Source of the DNA: Candidatus Adlerbacteria bacterium
GTDB lineage: Bacteria > Patescibacteriota > Minisyncoccia > Phycocordibacterales > SBAW01
Assembly: GCA_963749085.1 (NCBI GenBank)
Contig: CAVVLG010000002.1
Location: forward strand, 229,033-293,032
DNA length: 64,000 bases
Direction: 5' to 3'
Made by a program: the position numbers and the translations under genes
The notes under the pieces: generated by a model
The model's database searches: none
The model's input: the letters and a program-made list of their open reading frames with translations, nothing else
What the model was told of the DNA's origin: nothing
Part shown: positions 50,241-59,704 of the stretch, in pieces
Numbering within the stretch: the stretch's first letter is position 1
How the letters are laid out: each line of letters begins with the position of its first letter

Positions 50241-50370
50241 ATGCCATGCCATCAGTGCTACGCTGCCGACTTGGGGAGAACGCTTGCGTTCTTCCCCTCT
50301 ATTGAGCCCACGAGATATCGCTGGCTCATCGAGTAAGGCACATTCAAAAACACGCACACAGGGGGAACCC

Positions 50371-50604
50371 ATGCAGTTCGTCACGTTCTTTCTAGGTACA
50401 CCGCGGCGGTTCTTTCTGTCGCTGTGTTCCCTCGGCCTAGTGCTGGCGTACTTCCGGCCAGACGTCATCGAGACGTCCCTCAGCAACTTTCTCACGGCTG
50501 CAATCAATGCCGTGGGACCGCTTGCTCCGCCGCTCCTTGTTCTCCTTCTCGTGATACTGGGCTACAAAATCATGTTCAGCTCGTTCACGAAGAAGAAGGA
50601 CTGA
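50371..50604 (+). CDS. small two-TM protein
   Basis: GGGGGA RBS; hydrophobic with KKKD tail. Confidence 0.6.
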   Translation: MQFVTFFLGTPRRFFLSLCSLGLVLAYFRPDVIETSLSNFLTAAINAVGPLAPPLLVLLLVILGYKIMFSSFTKKKD

Positions 50605-50608
50605 CGCC

Positions 50609-50827
50609 ATGACCTACGACCTCATCCGCTACCGAGCCGACCTACGGCGTGGGTGGCACAAGGCGGGACCGCGCATATCCAAGGGGCTTACGTCCCCTCT
50701 GCGAGTCGCGTTCTCCAAGAAGAACTACGGTGAAGAACTCGGCAACTGGCTGAAGATGCTAGTCTACCTGTTTTCGCTCACCGTTTGGTTTCTCTTCTGC
50801 AGTGCCCGTTTGGTGCTGCGGAGATAG
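50609..50827 (+). CDS. small membrane protein
   Basis: AAGGA RBS; C-terminal TM. Confidence 0.55.
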   Translation: MTYDLIRYRADLRRGWHKAGPRISKGLTSPLRVAFSKKNYGEELGNWLKMLVYLFSLTVWFLFCSARLVLRR

Positions 50828-50885
50828 CACTGCCCGAGGGCAGAGAAAGGAGGTGCATTATGTGCAGAAGAAAGAGTCCATCAGG

Positions 50886-50918
50886 GAGCCGCGATCGAGA
50901 ATCGCGGCTCTTATTTTT
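50886..50918 (+). terminator. intrinsic terminator
   Basis: GAGCCGCGAT-CGAGA-ATCGCGGCTC-TTATTTTT. Confidence 0.75.
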
Positions 50919-50921
50919 ACT

Positions 50922-51437
50922 CTAAACCAGAGTCTCCAGATATTTATCGATTTCTTCTTGGGATTTTAAGGTGATTATTTTGCTACGATATTCTTTTATA
51001 AATTGCCTGAGTTTTGGTCCTTGAGTGCGTGTACGTCGGATAATTTCAAAAAAGAACGTCATCTCATGCCATGTGGTTAGTTCCCCGTGTCGGGTTGAGG
51101 GTCTTAGTATGCGCTTAGCGTGATTAAGCAATCTGCGCCACAGAGGAATATCCAGAAAAATAATGACATCTGCTCTTTTGGCTATCTCTGGGGCTTGACG
51201 CAAGTAGAAACCGTCAGAAACCCATGAATCCGCAGCAATGGCGGCTAAGGCCTTCTGTCTCACAAACGCTCTCACCCTTTCTCGCTCCGCTTCGGAAGTA
51301 TGTTGGTCTACGTGAGTTCCACCAGCCTCAAACCAGAAGCGGTCTAGGTGGATATGCGGTATAGATAACTTCTCACTTATTTTTTCGGCAAGTGTTGTCT
51401 TCCCACTTCCCGCCATACCCACGATGCTTATACGCAT
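50922..51437 (-). CDS. P-loop kinase (adenylate kinase-like / topology modulation protein FlaR-like)
   Basis: GMAGSGKTTLA, HLDRFW, WVSDGFY, ADVIIFLD. Confidence 0.88.
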   Translation of the reverse strand: MRISIVGMAGSGKTTLAEKISEKLSIPHIHLDRFWFEAGGTHVDQHTSEAERERVRAFVRQKALAAIAADSWVSDGFYLRQAPEIAKRADVIIFLDIPLWRRLLNHAKRILRPSTRHGELTTWHEMTFFFEIIRRTRTQGPKLRQFIKEYRSKIITLKSQEEIDKYLETLV

Positions 51438-51508
51438 GTATTAAGCATACCTCAGGCGAAGCGACAACAATCCTTTCCGAATAATGTAGAAAGCCTTACA
51501 CTACGGGG

Positions 51509-52078
51509 ATGTCTAAGAGCAAGACTATCTACGTATTCATTGACGCATCAAATCTGTGGGCAGCGCAGAAGGCAAAAGGTAAGGTCTTTGATTATGCCAA
51601 ACTGGCCAACTACATAAAGGAGAAGTTCTCCGCCAGCACTTTCCAGATATTTTATTACACCGCATACCCGGCTGAGGGGACACGGGCATATAGCCTGGAT
51701 GGGAGGCACAAATTTTTTACTTTCCTCAAAAAAGGTCTCGGGTTCATTGTAAGAAAGAAGGAACTGAAACGGATTTCCATACTTGATGAAGATGGTGAAT
51801 CCATTCAAGAGAAAGGAAACATGGACGTAGAGATGACGATTGATGCTCTCCATCACCTGTCAAAATACGATGTCGCTGTCTTCTTCACAGGCGATTCTGA
51901 TTTCCTTGCCCTTGTCACTTATTTACGGGAAGGAGGCAAGCAGGTATTTATCTTCTCCTCTAAAAACAATGTGTCTCAAGAGCTACGGACGGGTGGCGAC
52001 GGCTATTTTGATGTTTTAACTTTGGAAGAGGATATTTGGGGACGGGATTTGAAGTACCGTTCTAAAGATAATAAATAA
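51509..52078 (+). CDS. NYN (LabA/DUF88 PIN-like) domain ribonuclease
   Basis: VFIDASN, EKGNMDVEM..D, TGDSDF, SQELR. Confidence 0.92.
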   Translation: MSKSKTIYVFIDASNLWAAQKAKGKVFDYAKLANYIKEKFSASTFQIFYYTAYPAEGTRAYSLDGRHKFFTFLKKGLGFIVRKKELKRISILDEDGESIQEKGNMDVEMTIDALHHLSKYDVAVFFTGDSDFLALVTYLREGGKQVFIFSSKNNVSQELRTGGDGYFDVLTLEEDIWGRDLKYRSKDNK

Positions 52079-52373
52079 CCTGTAAACGAAAACCACCCTC
52101 CGCGAGGAGGGTGGCCCTTGGATGTAATACCCTTTCAGTTCTATGCCAGAACCAAAAGACACTATAAACATACACCCGGAGGTATGAAAAATCAATGACC
52201 TATACCTATGCACATTCAAAATCCGCTTATTTTTCCTCACAAGGCGAACTGTGGTTCCAAGCTATTGAACCATTACGCGGAGCTTGACTAAGTCAAAAAA
52301 TCGTGCAATTATCTTTGTTGGAGCGTCCATTCCGGACATTTCGCACTTGTTCCTCACAAATCGGAGATTCGTC

Positions 52374-53381
52374 GTGACGCAATATTCACGTTCCCTGGCG
52401 CTCATGAGGCGCTATCTCATGGTCCAGGCTGTATTCAACGTCATCCTGTGGACTGTCGTCATCGCAAGTGGTCGATCGCCGCACAGCACCGGGGATTGGA
52501 TGACGTGGTTCTTGATCGGCGCCCAAATCCCAGTCGTCTGCATCATAGTAGATGCGCTCGTCGTCTACTTCTATCTACGGCGCTTGAGCGGAACGTTTTC
52601 GATCAGAGCGGGTCACGAGACTTTTGTCCGCGGTGCCACGTGGAGTCTTCTTCGGGAGCTCGCAGCCAGAGCGAAGGATCTCACAAAAGCTAGAACAGAG
52701 ATGGAGAGCATGTATCCCGAGCTCAAAGACGATCCCCGTTTCGTCGATGCGTTTAGTCGCGGCGATGTTGTTACGCTGTCCCTTATGGAAGAGAAAGCAT
52801 ATCGACGCCTGGAACGTGAGCACCACGAGATGGAACGCCGTGCACACAAGGTTGCTGCACAGTCGGCAGAGCTTCTCGCATTGCTCAGGGAAGCGGCCCA
52901 GCTGGGTGCCGATCAGCAACACCTAAACGCCGCTCGCAAAAGTGGAATTCCCGCTGCCCGCGAACTCATATCCATGCTCAAGCGGCGGAACACGCTGTTG
53001 GAAAATGCTAACCACATCGGGTGCGGTGAACTAGTACAATCGAAACTCTGGACTGACGGGCTGGATATAGCGTACGCGCTGTATCTGCGTCTCGAAGCAC
53101 TCACGGAGCGTGCTGCTCGTTGCGGCGCAGTAGCAGTATTTGCATCCCAGAACTACATTCGGCTTGGCGAGCTTGAGAGGGCTGAGAAAATCATCATGGA
53201 TGCGGAAAACGAGCAGATGTGGGAACGACAAAAGATTCTGCTGTTGACACAAGCCCACAAACTCAAACTATCAAGCCGTGGCGACCTTTCAGTGCGTATC
53301 GAAGCACTCGGTAGGCTGCAATACGGATCGCGCGAATTTCGTATTGCACTCCACGGGATTGAGCGAGATCTCAAATCATGA
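52374..53381 (+). CDS. membrane-anchored helical-repeat hypothetical protein
   Basis: GGAG-GTG start; two N-terminal TMs; downstream hairpin near 53409-53447. Confidence 0.7.
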   Translation: MTQYSRSLALMRRYLMVQAVFNVILWTVVIASGRSPHSTGDWMTWFLIGAQIPVVCIIVDALVVYFYLRRLSGTFSIRAGHETFVRGATWSLLRELAARAKDLTKARTEMESMYPELKDDPRFVDAFSRGDVVTLSLMEEKAYRRLEREHHEMERRAHKVAAQSAELLALLREAAQLGADQQHLNAARKSGIPAARELISMLKRRNTLLENANHIGCGELVQSKLWTDGLDIAYALYLRLEALTERAARCGAVAVFASQNYIRLGELERAEKIIMDAENEQMWERQKILLLTQAHKLKLSSRGDLSVRIEALGRLQYGSREFRIALHGIERDLKS

Positions 53382-53497
53382 ATCGGCATTTCCAGGTATA
53401 AGCAATCAACCCCCGTGCGCCACACATCGGCGCTCGGGGGTTTTCTTTCTCTACTTCCCTACTGTCTAAGTTCAAGCACCAAAAATATCCTTATTTT

Positions 53498-55444
53498 TTA
53501 ACACAAAGTTAGGTTAGAACATCGTCCTACATGCGGAGCCAGCAGCAAACTTAATGCAATTCTAGGAAAATTTGAACGCGCTGCGCGGAGCGCAGCGTAT
53601 TGTTTTACGGGGGTTTCTTCAACTTTTTTATTTCGCAAAATCAGGTTCGAGCCGAAAATTTCTTGGAGGGAGGATTTTTTGGAGGGAAGGTCGCCGTTTT
53701 TTGCTATTTCATCAAGCATTTGTGCTTTGTTTATCCACTCGCGCATAGGTTCGAGCCACGGGTGTTGGCCTCTTTGAGACTTGGCTATAACCTCCTCCAG
53801 CGATCTGCACTCCGACATGAGCGCGGCTCGTCGTTTTAGATACTCCGGCCGCTCAACATCCTGATCTATAAACGTGGTTGTAAGGCGGTCGAGTTTACGG
53901 CTGATATCCGCAACCTTGTCCCGTAGACTGGAAACGAAGGCCGCCGCCGTGCGCGAAGTAGCTCTCTCGTCCTCGTCCGCAAGTTTGAATAGTCCTTGCG
54001 CCCAGTCCTCCGGCATTGTGTAGTGCGATAGTATCTCGGAGAGATCGGTAATGAGGACTTCTTCTCTGACGTAGAGTTGGGAACAACGAACCGAAAGATT
54101 TTTCTTCGTACAGCGATAATAGGTGTGGCCTTTCTGAACTTCGGCCGTGATCATGCAACCGCACTCACCACACCGGAGTAAGCCGCAAAGTATCTTCGGC
54201 TCTTTGTCTGGCTTCTGTGGATGTCCACGACGGACAAGGATCGTCTGCACTTTATCGAAAAGTTCTTTGTCTATGAGTGGGGTGTGCTTGCCCTCGTATG
54301 TCTCTCCGGCATAGCGAAAATGTCCGTAGTAAAAAGGATTGGAAAGAATAAACTTCGCTCGATCTTTTTGTAGCCGATTGCCGTAAATGCTCGTAACGCC
54401 GTTGTTGTATAGGAACTGTGAAATATCTTCAAGTCGAGAGTTGCCTTTGGCGTATAGCTCAAAGGCGGCTCTGATAAATCTAGCCTTCTTGCGATCAACG
54501 ACGATGGTTTTAGCCCGCACATCGTTTAAGTAGCCCGCCGGAGCCGTACCGGGGAAATGCCCGATGGCCGCCTTATGACGTAGCCCACGGCTCGTATTTG
54601 CGCTTAGGTCGCGTATAAACTGGTTAGCCATACCGAACTCTACGGACATCATAAGCACGTTGTCGTTCGAGACGTGGCTTCTATCATGCGTTTGGATATG
54701 CCGTATCGTCCCCTGCTGCAACAGCCAACTTATCTGTCCGCCGTCCACCGGATTGCGAGCAAGACGATCCAACTTCCAACAGATGATGCCCTGTGCCTCG
54801 CCCTGCTGTATCCGATTAAGCATTTCATTAAAGACAGGACGGCCGGGCATCTTAGCCGTTTTCTTCTCTACAAATTCTGCTGCGACGTTTAAACCTGCGC
54901 TTTTCGCGAGCGAACGAAGTTCTGCTAGTTGGCCTTCAATCGAGAGGACTTGCTTGTCCTCGACATCAGTGGATTTGCGGGCATAGAGGAAGTAGTGGGA
55001 CATAGGTACTGAAGCCATGACTTCATATAGAAGACGACTTTTGAGAGCGAGCGTAAGACAAACTCGGAATTGTGAAATCATCAGGGCGTGGGCGATGAGC
55101 GGCGAGGTATGCTTCAATTCCTGCACGCGGCGCAAAATTCCTTGCCGCTCCTGCGCGTCCTTTGCCAACACCTCAACGCCCTTTCGGTCGAGAGAATAGA
55201 CGACGTGGGCGGACGCTAGGTTTGCCGCTTTTTGAACCTTCGGCCGATCAAGGTAGCCATGCTGGAAAAGAAGGCTGAGGCGGTTCCCGATGCCTCGGTC
55301 GCTCCCTTCGTGTAGAGACACAAGTTGCTCCGTATTCAAAAAGCGGTACTCGGCCACATCGGAGAGGATTGCGGTGTCGCGGGGCTGTAATCTGAGGGGG
55401 TCGGCTTCACCTCGAACGAACTTTTGACGACGTGGTTTAGGCAT
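53498..55444 (-). CDS. large serine recombinase (from ~55018) fused in frame to a truncated Replic_Relax N-terminus
   Basis: YARKSTD, GRPVFNEM, WKLDRLARN, ILSNPFYYG, CGECG..YYRC; N-terminal RD..IL....RFL...Q and HALMISQF. Confidence 0.88.
   Translation of the reverse strand: MPKPRRQKFVRGEADPLRLQPRDTAILSDVAEYRFLNTEQLVSLHEGSDRGIGNRLSLLFQHGYLDRPKVQKAANLASAHVVYSLDRKGVEVLAKDAQERQGILRRVQELKHTSPLIAHALMISQFRVCLTLALKSRLLYEVMASVPMSHYFLYARKSTDVEDKQVLSIEGQLAELRSLAKSAGLNVAAEFVEKKTAKMPGRPVFNEMLNRIQQGEAQGIICWKLDRLARNPVDGGQISWLLQQGTIRHIQTHDRSHVSNDNVLMMSVEFGMANQFIRDLSANTSRGLRHKAAIGHFPGTAPAGYLNDVRAKTIVVDRKKARFIRAAFELYAKGNSRLEDISQFLYNNGVTSIYGNRLQKDRAKFILSNPFYYGHFRYAGETYEGKHTPLIDKELFDKVQTILVRRGHPQKPDKEPKILCGLLRCGECGCMITAEVQKGHTYYRCTKKNLSVRCSQLYVREEVLITDLSEILSHYTMPEDWAQGLFKLADEDERATSRTAAAFVSSLRDKVADISRKLDRLTTTFIDQDVERPEYLKRRAALMSECRSLEEVIAKSQRGQHPWLEPMREWINKAQMLDEIAKNGDLPSKKSSLQEIFGSNLILRNKKVEETPVKQYAALRAARSNFPRIALSLLLAPHVGRCSNLTLC
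53510..53541 (+). other. hybrid att site matching the tRNA-Asn-like fragment at 37972
   Basis: TAGGTT-agaacatc-GTCCTAC-at-GCGGAGCCA vs TAGGTT-cga-GTCCTAC-cc-GCGGAGCA; overlaps recombinase 3' end. Confidence 0.6.
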
Positions 55445-55709
55445 GGCAATTACCCTAGATTATACGACTTTCAGACCCCCTCAAACGAGGCCTTCCTCCT
55501 TCCCGTCCTATCCTTTTTCGCAGTTCACCCCCCACACACGAGCAAAAAAGAGACAGCAGGACGGAAGGAGAAGGCCGAGCCACCCAAACACGAACCCGCG
55601 ACATTTCACGAGGGAACGCCACGGGGGCGTTCCGGAGTGAAGTAGGGGTTGAGATTTTTTTGGGCAAGGATTGAAAAGCCCTGCGTTGAAGCCAATATCG
55701 AGAGGAGCT

Positions 55710-55756
55710 ACCCCTACATTCCGGCATAGGTCGAATGTAGGGGTGAATGTAGGGGT
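55710..55756. repeat. 12-bp inverted + tandem repeat array upstream of Replic_Relax gene
   Basis: ACCCCTACATTC (55710-21), then GAATGTAGGGGT x2 (55733-56). Confidence 0.85.
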
Positions 55757-56115
55757 AAATCACGCCGGATTTCCCATAAAAAACGGTCGAGTTTCCGTGT
55801 AGAGATGAGCCCAGTTGGACAGGTAGCCACTTCGAGGACGGCATCAAAGGGCTTTCGCAGTGTAAACGCTAGCCTTTTCCCACTTACGGTCGGGTTCTGA
55901 AGTAGATAATTCAAAAACGCTCGTTTTTCGTGCGGTTCAGAACTGGCGAAGATTTGGCCCATCCGGCGGGATATAGAAAAGACCTGAGCGATAACGAGTT
56001 TGTAGTCGTGATCCGCTCTCATGTGCTCTTCGGCTTCGATATTAAGCTGGTACTGCTTGTCTTTCGTCTCTTGCAGTTTTTTGTCATAGTCGCCCTTAGT
56101 AATACCCCGATCCAA
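55714..56115 (-). pseudogene. C-terminal remnant of a second large serine recombinase
   Basis: D..IT..DY..K, F.SSE..EKR.FLNYLLQN, L.FTLRKPFD. Confidence 0.7.
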
Positions 56116-56315
56116 ACTGTACGGTGAAGGGTTGCAAGCTGCTGGTCATTCCCGACGACGTCGTGCACGAGGGGGAGATCCATGCGAAGGACCCGAAGGA
56201 TGACACTCTGCCGGAGTTCGACGCCATGCGCCGTGAAGGAGTGCTCTTTATCTACCTTGGACAGCCCTCGTGCTTCTGGCCGCCCGGGGAAACCGACCAG
56301 TGAAGGGAGGACGCC

Positions 56316-56507
56316 ATGAGAGCCAACGGCTTTCACACGCTCGATCCGGTGAAGGAAATCTGCGCCAATCCCCTCTGCCGGAAATCGCTGTATGTCGAGG
56401 GTGACTTGGTGCACGCGTGGAAATGCGGCGGCAAGTTCTACTGCTCCGAGTTCTGCGCCGACAACGACGATGAGAACGGCGATGATGCGCCACATGCACA
56501 TCAGTGA
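56316..56507 (+). CDS. small zinc-finger protein
   Basis: GGAGG RBS; CANPLC and FYCSEFC. Confidence 0.6.
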   Translation: MRANGFHTLDPVKEICANPLCRKSLYVEGDLVHAWKCGGKFYCSEFCADNDDENGDDAPHAHQ

Positions 56508-56573
56508 CCGCGCTCCGAGAACGGTAACAAGGCCGGTCGATTTCCGAGATACATCCTCAGAAACGACCGGCCT

Positions 56574-56762
56574 TTACTCTTTGAGATGAGGCAGCTCTTT
56601 TGCCTCGCGCTCCTGTTGCAGTTGAGCATCGTACTCGAACAGCCGCATGCGCTCCTCCTGCATCAGCGACTGGGTGAAGAGCTGCGATGCTCCTAACTCA
56701 CCGCTTTTATTGAGCCGTTTCCATTCTTCGTATAATTCTTTTCCTGACCGCTCGGATTGCAT
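56574..56762 (-). CDS. small hypothetical protein
   Basis: Follows upstream ORF closely; helical composition. Confidence 0.5.
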   Translation of the reverse strand: MQSERSGKELYEEWKRLNKSGELGASQLFTQSLMQEERMRLFEYDAQLQQEREAKELPHLKE

Positions 56763-56777
56763 ATTCCCACTTTATCA

Positions 56778-57059
56778 TCATGCCCTCTCCGCGGGCGAGA
56801 GGCCACCCAATGCCTTGTGCGGAAAGTAGTTCCACGCATCCGTAAGCGCCTCGACGATGGTGCCGAGTTCAATCGCGCCCTGTCCGGTGTCGAACATGGC
56901 GATGAGCGCAGTAAAGTCGTCGCTTTCCTCTTCCTCGTAGATAGCCACCTTGATGTGTTCCAGACTGAAGTCGCTGCCGGTGTTGCGCAGATGCTCTTCA
57001 AGCTCCTGCTCGATCTCGTGGCGCTTTGCCAGTATCTGCTCCTTCGTTTTGCGCTTCAT
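56778..57059 (-). CDS. hypothetical protein
   Basis: DAWNYFPHK.LGG.SP motif resembling a recurrent CPR hypothetical family; start approximate. Confidence 0.65.
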   Translation of the reverse strand: MKRKTKEQILAKRHEIEQELEEHLRNTGSDFSLEHIKVAIYEEEESDDFTALIAMFDTGQGAIELGTIVEALTDAWNYFPHKALGGLSPAERA

Positions 57060-57205
57060 GTGCCGCATTATACACGGCACAATCGGATACGAGCAGATCA
57101 TGTTTTTCTTTTGAGAACACGCTGCTCTGCGACCTTGATATACGCATAAAAAAGAAGTACCGTCTACTTTGGAAGCGCCGTTTTACCCTCTTGAGGGAGG
57201 AGAAC

Positions 57206-57658
57206 ATGGACAGATTGTTACGCAACACCTTCTTAGGGCTGCGGCACTGGAGCGGCAGGGTCACCGACTTTCCTGACGACGCGCTGCTTTGCGAGCCCTG
57301 CGGGAAGGTAGCCGCAGGAATGGAGGTGCTGCTCCAAGAAGACGTTTGGGAAGAGGGAAAGGTCTTCTGGCGAGCGCTCTGCATGGAGCGGTACAAAGGG
57401 AGAGCGAACTTCTTCCTGCACATCGCCGAGAAAGACCTGCGGCGGCGGGCGGAGGACTTTTACACTATCGTCGCCGGAGTCGCCGATGGTTTCGTCGATC
57501 ATGAGCTCCGCGAGCAGGTCGTGAGTATATGCCGGTGCCTCGTCTCGGTGTGCGACTGCTCTCTTGAAGCGCCGCACGCGCCCGAACCCGAGCCGCTCTT
57601 CTCTACGCATTTGGGGCGACCAATCCTCACGCTCGTCAGCAATGGAGCGCCGCTATGA
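57206..57658 (+). CDS. hypothetical protein
   Basis: GGAGGAG RBS; ATGA coupling to next ORF. Confidence 0.65.
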   Translation: MDRLLRNTFLGLRHWSGRVTDFPDDALLCEPCGKVAAGMEVLLQEDVWEEGKVFWRALCMERYKGRANFFLHIAEKDLRRRAEDFYTIVAGVADGFVDHELREQVVSICRCLVSVCDCSLEAPHAPEPEPLFSTHLGRPILTLVSNGAPL

Positions 57659-57810
57659 ATATCTGGCAGGTGCTCATCGGCGTCGAGCTGACGTTGCTTT
57701 CAGTCATCGAAATTGTCGCTCACTCCATACGCTGGCATGAGCGACATCCCGAGCAGAGCGCAGAGATTGCGCGTCAACACGAAGAACAAGACTGGCTTGA
57801 AGGCCGGTAA
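57655..57810 (+). CDS. small membrane peptide
   Basis: MNIWQVLIGVELTLL...; followed by hairpin 57815-57843. Confidence 0.5.
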   Translation: MNIWQVLIGVELTLLSVIEIVAHSIRWHERHPEQSAEIARQHEEQDWLEGR

Positions 57811-57917
57811 TCAAGAGGCTCCGATTCGCGTCGGAGCCTTTTCTCTGCTCTCGTAGGGAGACATGCTGTCACTTCGTATGGTATAAGAATGCCAGACGTT
57901 CAGCAGGAGTACACTCT

Positions 57918-58448
57918 ATGGCATCAGAAGCCGAACGCGTTAATCCGGAGCAGAGCTTTCTGTCTTCCGTGCTCGCGGAGTTCGGCGCAACTCCCGAGTT
58001 GGAAACCAGATGCATTCTGAAAGGCAGCGTCAGGACGTTCCACCTCACGCTACCAGCACAGGCGGAGATGATACGGGCGAGAGCCGCTGCTGCAGGCATA
58101 CGGCTGGATCGGCCGTCTGCAATGAAAAAAGTAGCGGATGTACCCCAAGCACCCGCTCCTCCGAGACAGGAGAAAGTCCCTACTGCCTCAAGACGATACT
58201 CCGCACCGGCAAAGAGGTGGGAGCCGACCCAGCCGCCAGTGCGGCATGTCGCTCGGCGCTCCACGCCTCGGCCAGTGAGGCCCGGCACTAACATAACCGT
58301 GGAGAGATGGGACGAGAATGTCTTGCGTTTCGTGCTCGACTCCGTATCTCCGGAGAGGTACCGGGAGTTATGGAGGCTCGGACTGCTCAAGCATCAAATG
58401 CTGGGTGCCAAGAAGCCCGAGCACTTGCCGATGCCGGAGGACACATAG
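57918..58448 (+). CDS. hypothetical protein
   Basis: AGGAG RBS; terminator GCCGCC...GGCGGC-T5 at ~58469-58499. Confidence 0.6.
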   Translation: MASEAERVNPEQSFLSSVLAEFGATPELETRCILKGSVRTFHLTLPAQAEMIRARAAAAGIRLDRPSAMKKVADVPQAPAPPRQEKVPTASRRYSAPAKRWEPTQPPVRHVARRSTPRPVRPGTNITVERWDENVLRFVLDSVSPERYRELWRLGLLKHQMLGAKKPEHLPMPEDT

Positions 58449-58494
58449 AAAAGCAGGTTTACTTACTCAATGCCGCCTGACAGAAAGGGCGGCA

Positions 58495-58584
58495 TTTTTC
58501 TCTACCAGGAAACCCCGTGCGAGTTGGCCGTCGCCAGAACTCCTTTAGGCCTCTTCGAGCACGGGGTTTCCTGGTAGAGAAAAA
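58495..58584. repeat. perfect 26-bp inverted repeat with 38-bp spacer
   Basis: TTTTTCTCTACCAGGAAACCCCGTGC ... GCACGGGGTTTCCTGGTAGAGAAAAA. Confidence 0.9.
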
Positions 58585-58735
58585 AGGACAGCATTGCTGC
58601 TGTCCTTACTGTTTTTGCCGATTGGCGATCACAGCAGATTGGTGAAGTGGTTGAGGGTGGCTAAAAGTGCCGGGGCACCGAAGCCGATGATAAACAACCA
58701 TCTCGCTGTTGACATTGTCTCCTCCTTCGCAGCCG

Positions 58736-58972
58736 CTATCGCGGCAAAAGTGGCAGTTCCTTCTGTCCAACGCTTGAGCGGTTCCGGCCGAACCGCTCTA
58801 CGACCCTGCCGATGTCGCCCTTGATGTCAGGCGGCGTGTCGGGTTCAAGGCCCATCGCCACCAGCGTGTCGAGGATAGCAGGATCAAGGCAGTGCCCTTC
58901 GAGAAGGAGATCCAGATTGTCCTTCATGCACTCGACTCGCTGCGGTGTCCACGGCCTTGCCTTCTTACCCAT
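58736..58972 (-). CDS. small hypothetical protein
   Basis: GGGAGA RBS. Confidence 0.45.
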   Translation of the reverse strand: MGKKARPWTPQRVECMKDNLDLLLEGHCLDPAILDTLVAMGLEPDTPPDIKGDIGRVVERFGRNRSSVGQKELPLLPR

Positions 58973-59089
58973 CAGTCTTCTCCCTAGGGTTGGTACGCCA
59001 AACTAATCCGGGTTTAATTATGCGGTATCTTGACCTCTCTGTCAAATATGCTATTGTTTCTCTCAGAAGCATCCACATAGGAGAGCCTG

Positions 59090-59545
59090 ATGCGAGATGG
59101 CGAACCGCAGATATACACGTCCCTTGCGACACTACGCAACGGATACATGCAGACGCAGTGGAGCCGGGTGCAGATGTTTCTCGTCTTCAACACCATCGCG
59201 CTTCCACTGGTCTTCGGCATCGTCCAAACCACGCAGCCGGAGTTGCTGAGGTTCGTCATCAGCGTAGTCGGTGCATGGATGCACGTTGTGCTCCTGAACT
59301 CGACTCTGCGTGCCGACAATTGGATTAAATATCTCGATGAGCGAATGGTTGAACTGGAACAACTCGACCACGAGGACCAGAACTTAAACGGCGTCCGGGT
59401 ACATCCGTTCAGCCACCAAGACTTTGCGACCATCCGGCACAGCTGGTCCGCGAGCCGCAGGCTGTTCGGTATTGTTGGTCTGGCAATCGCCGGCCTATGG
59501 ATCGAGGAAGCCATCCGGCACGGATACATCCTCTTTCATCACTAA
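59090..59545 (+). CDS. small membrane protein (2-3 TM)
   Basis: Promoter TTGACC-N16-TATTGT (59030-57); AGGAG RBS; hydrophobic helices. Confidence 0.7.
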   Translation: MRDGEPQIYTSLATLRNGYMQTQWSRVQMFLVFNTIALPLVFGIVQTTQPELLRFVISVVGAWMHVVLLNSTLRADNWIKYLDERMVELEQLDHEDQNLNGVRVHPFSHQDFATIRHSWSASRRLFGIVGLAIAGLWIEEAIRHGYILFHH

Positions 59546-59566
59546 CGCCAGCATAAGGAGAAAGCT

Positions 59567-59704
59567 ATGGCGTCGAACACACACACCTCAACCGAAGTGA
59601 ACAACTGGTTGCTCAGGATCGTCACGCCTCTTGGCTATGCCATAGGCGTCGGAGGCCCCGTTATCGTCATCATCCTCGCTGTCCTCGGCAAACTGCCGTC
59701 CTGA
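59567..59704 (+). CDS. 45-aa hydrophobic peptide
   Basis: AAGGAG RBS; single TM. Confidence 0.55.
   Translation: MASNTHTSTEVNNWLLRIVTPLGYAIGVGGPVIVIILAVLGKLPS

Noticed and set aside
50264-50340. Hammerhead ribozyme on the minus strand (GATGAG ... GTC layout)
   Set aside because: Core does not match CUGANGA and GAAA consensus and junction lengths are wrong
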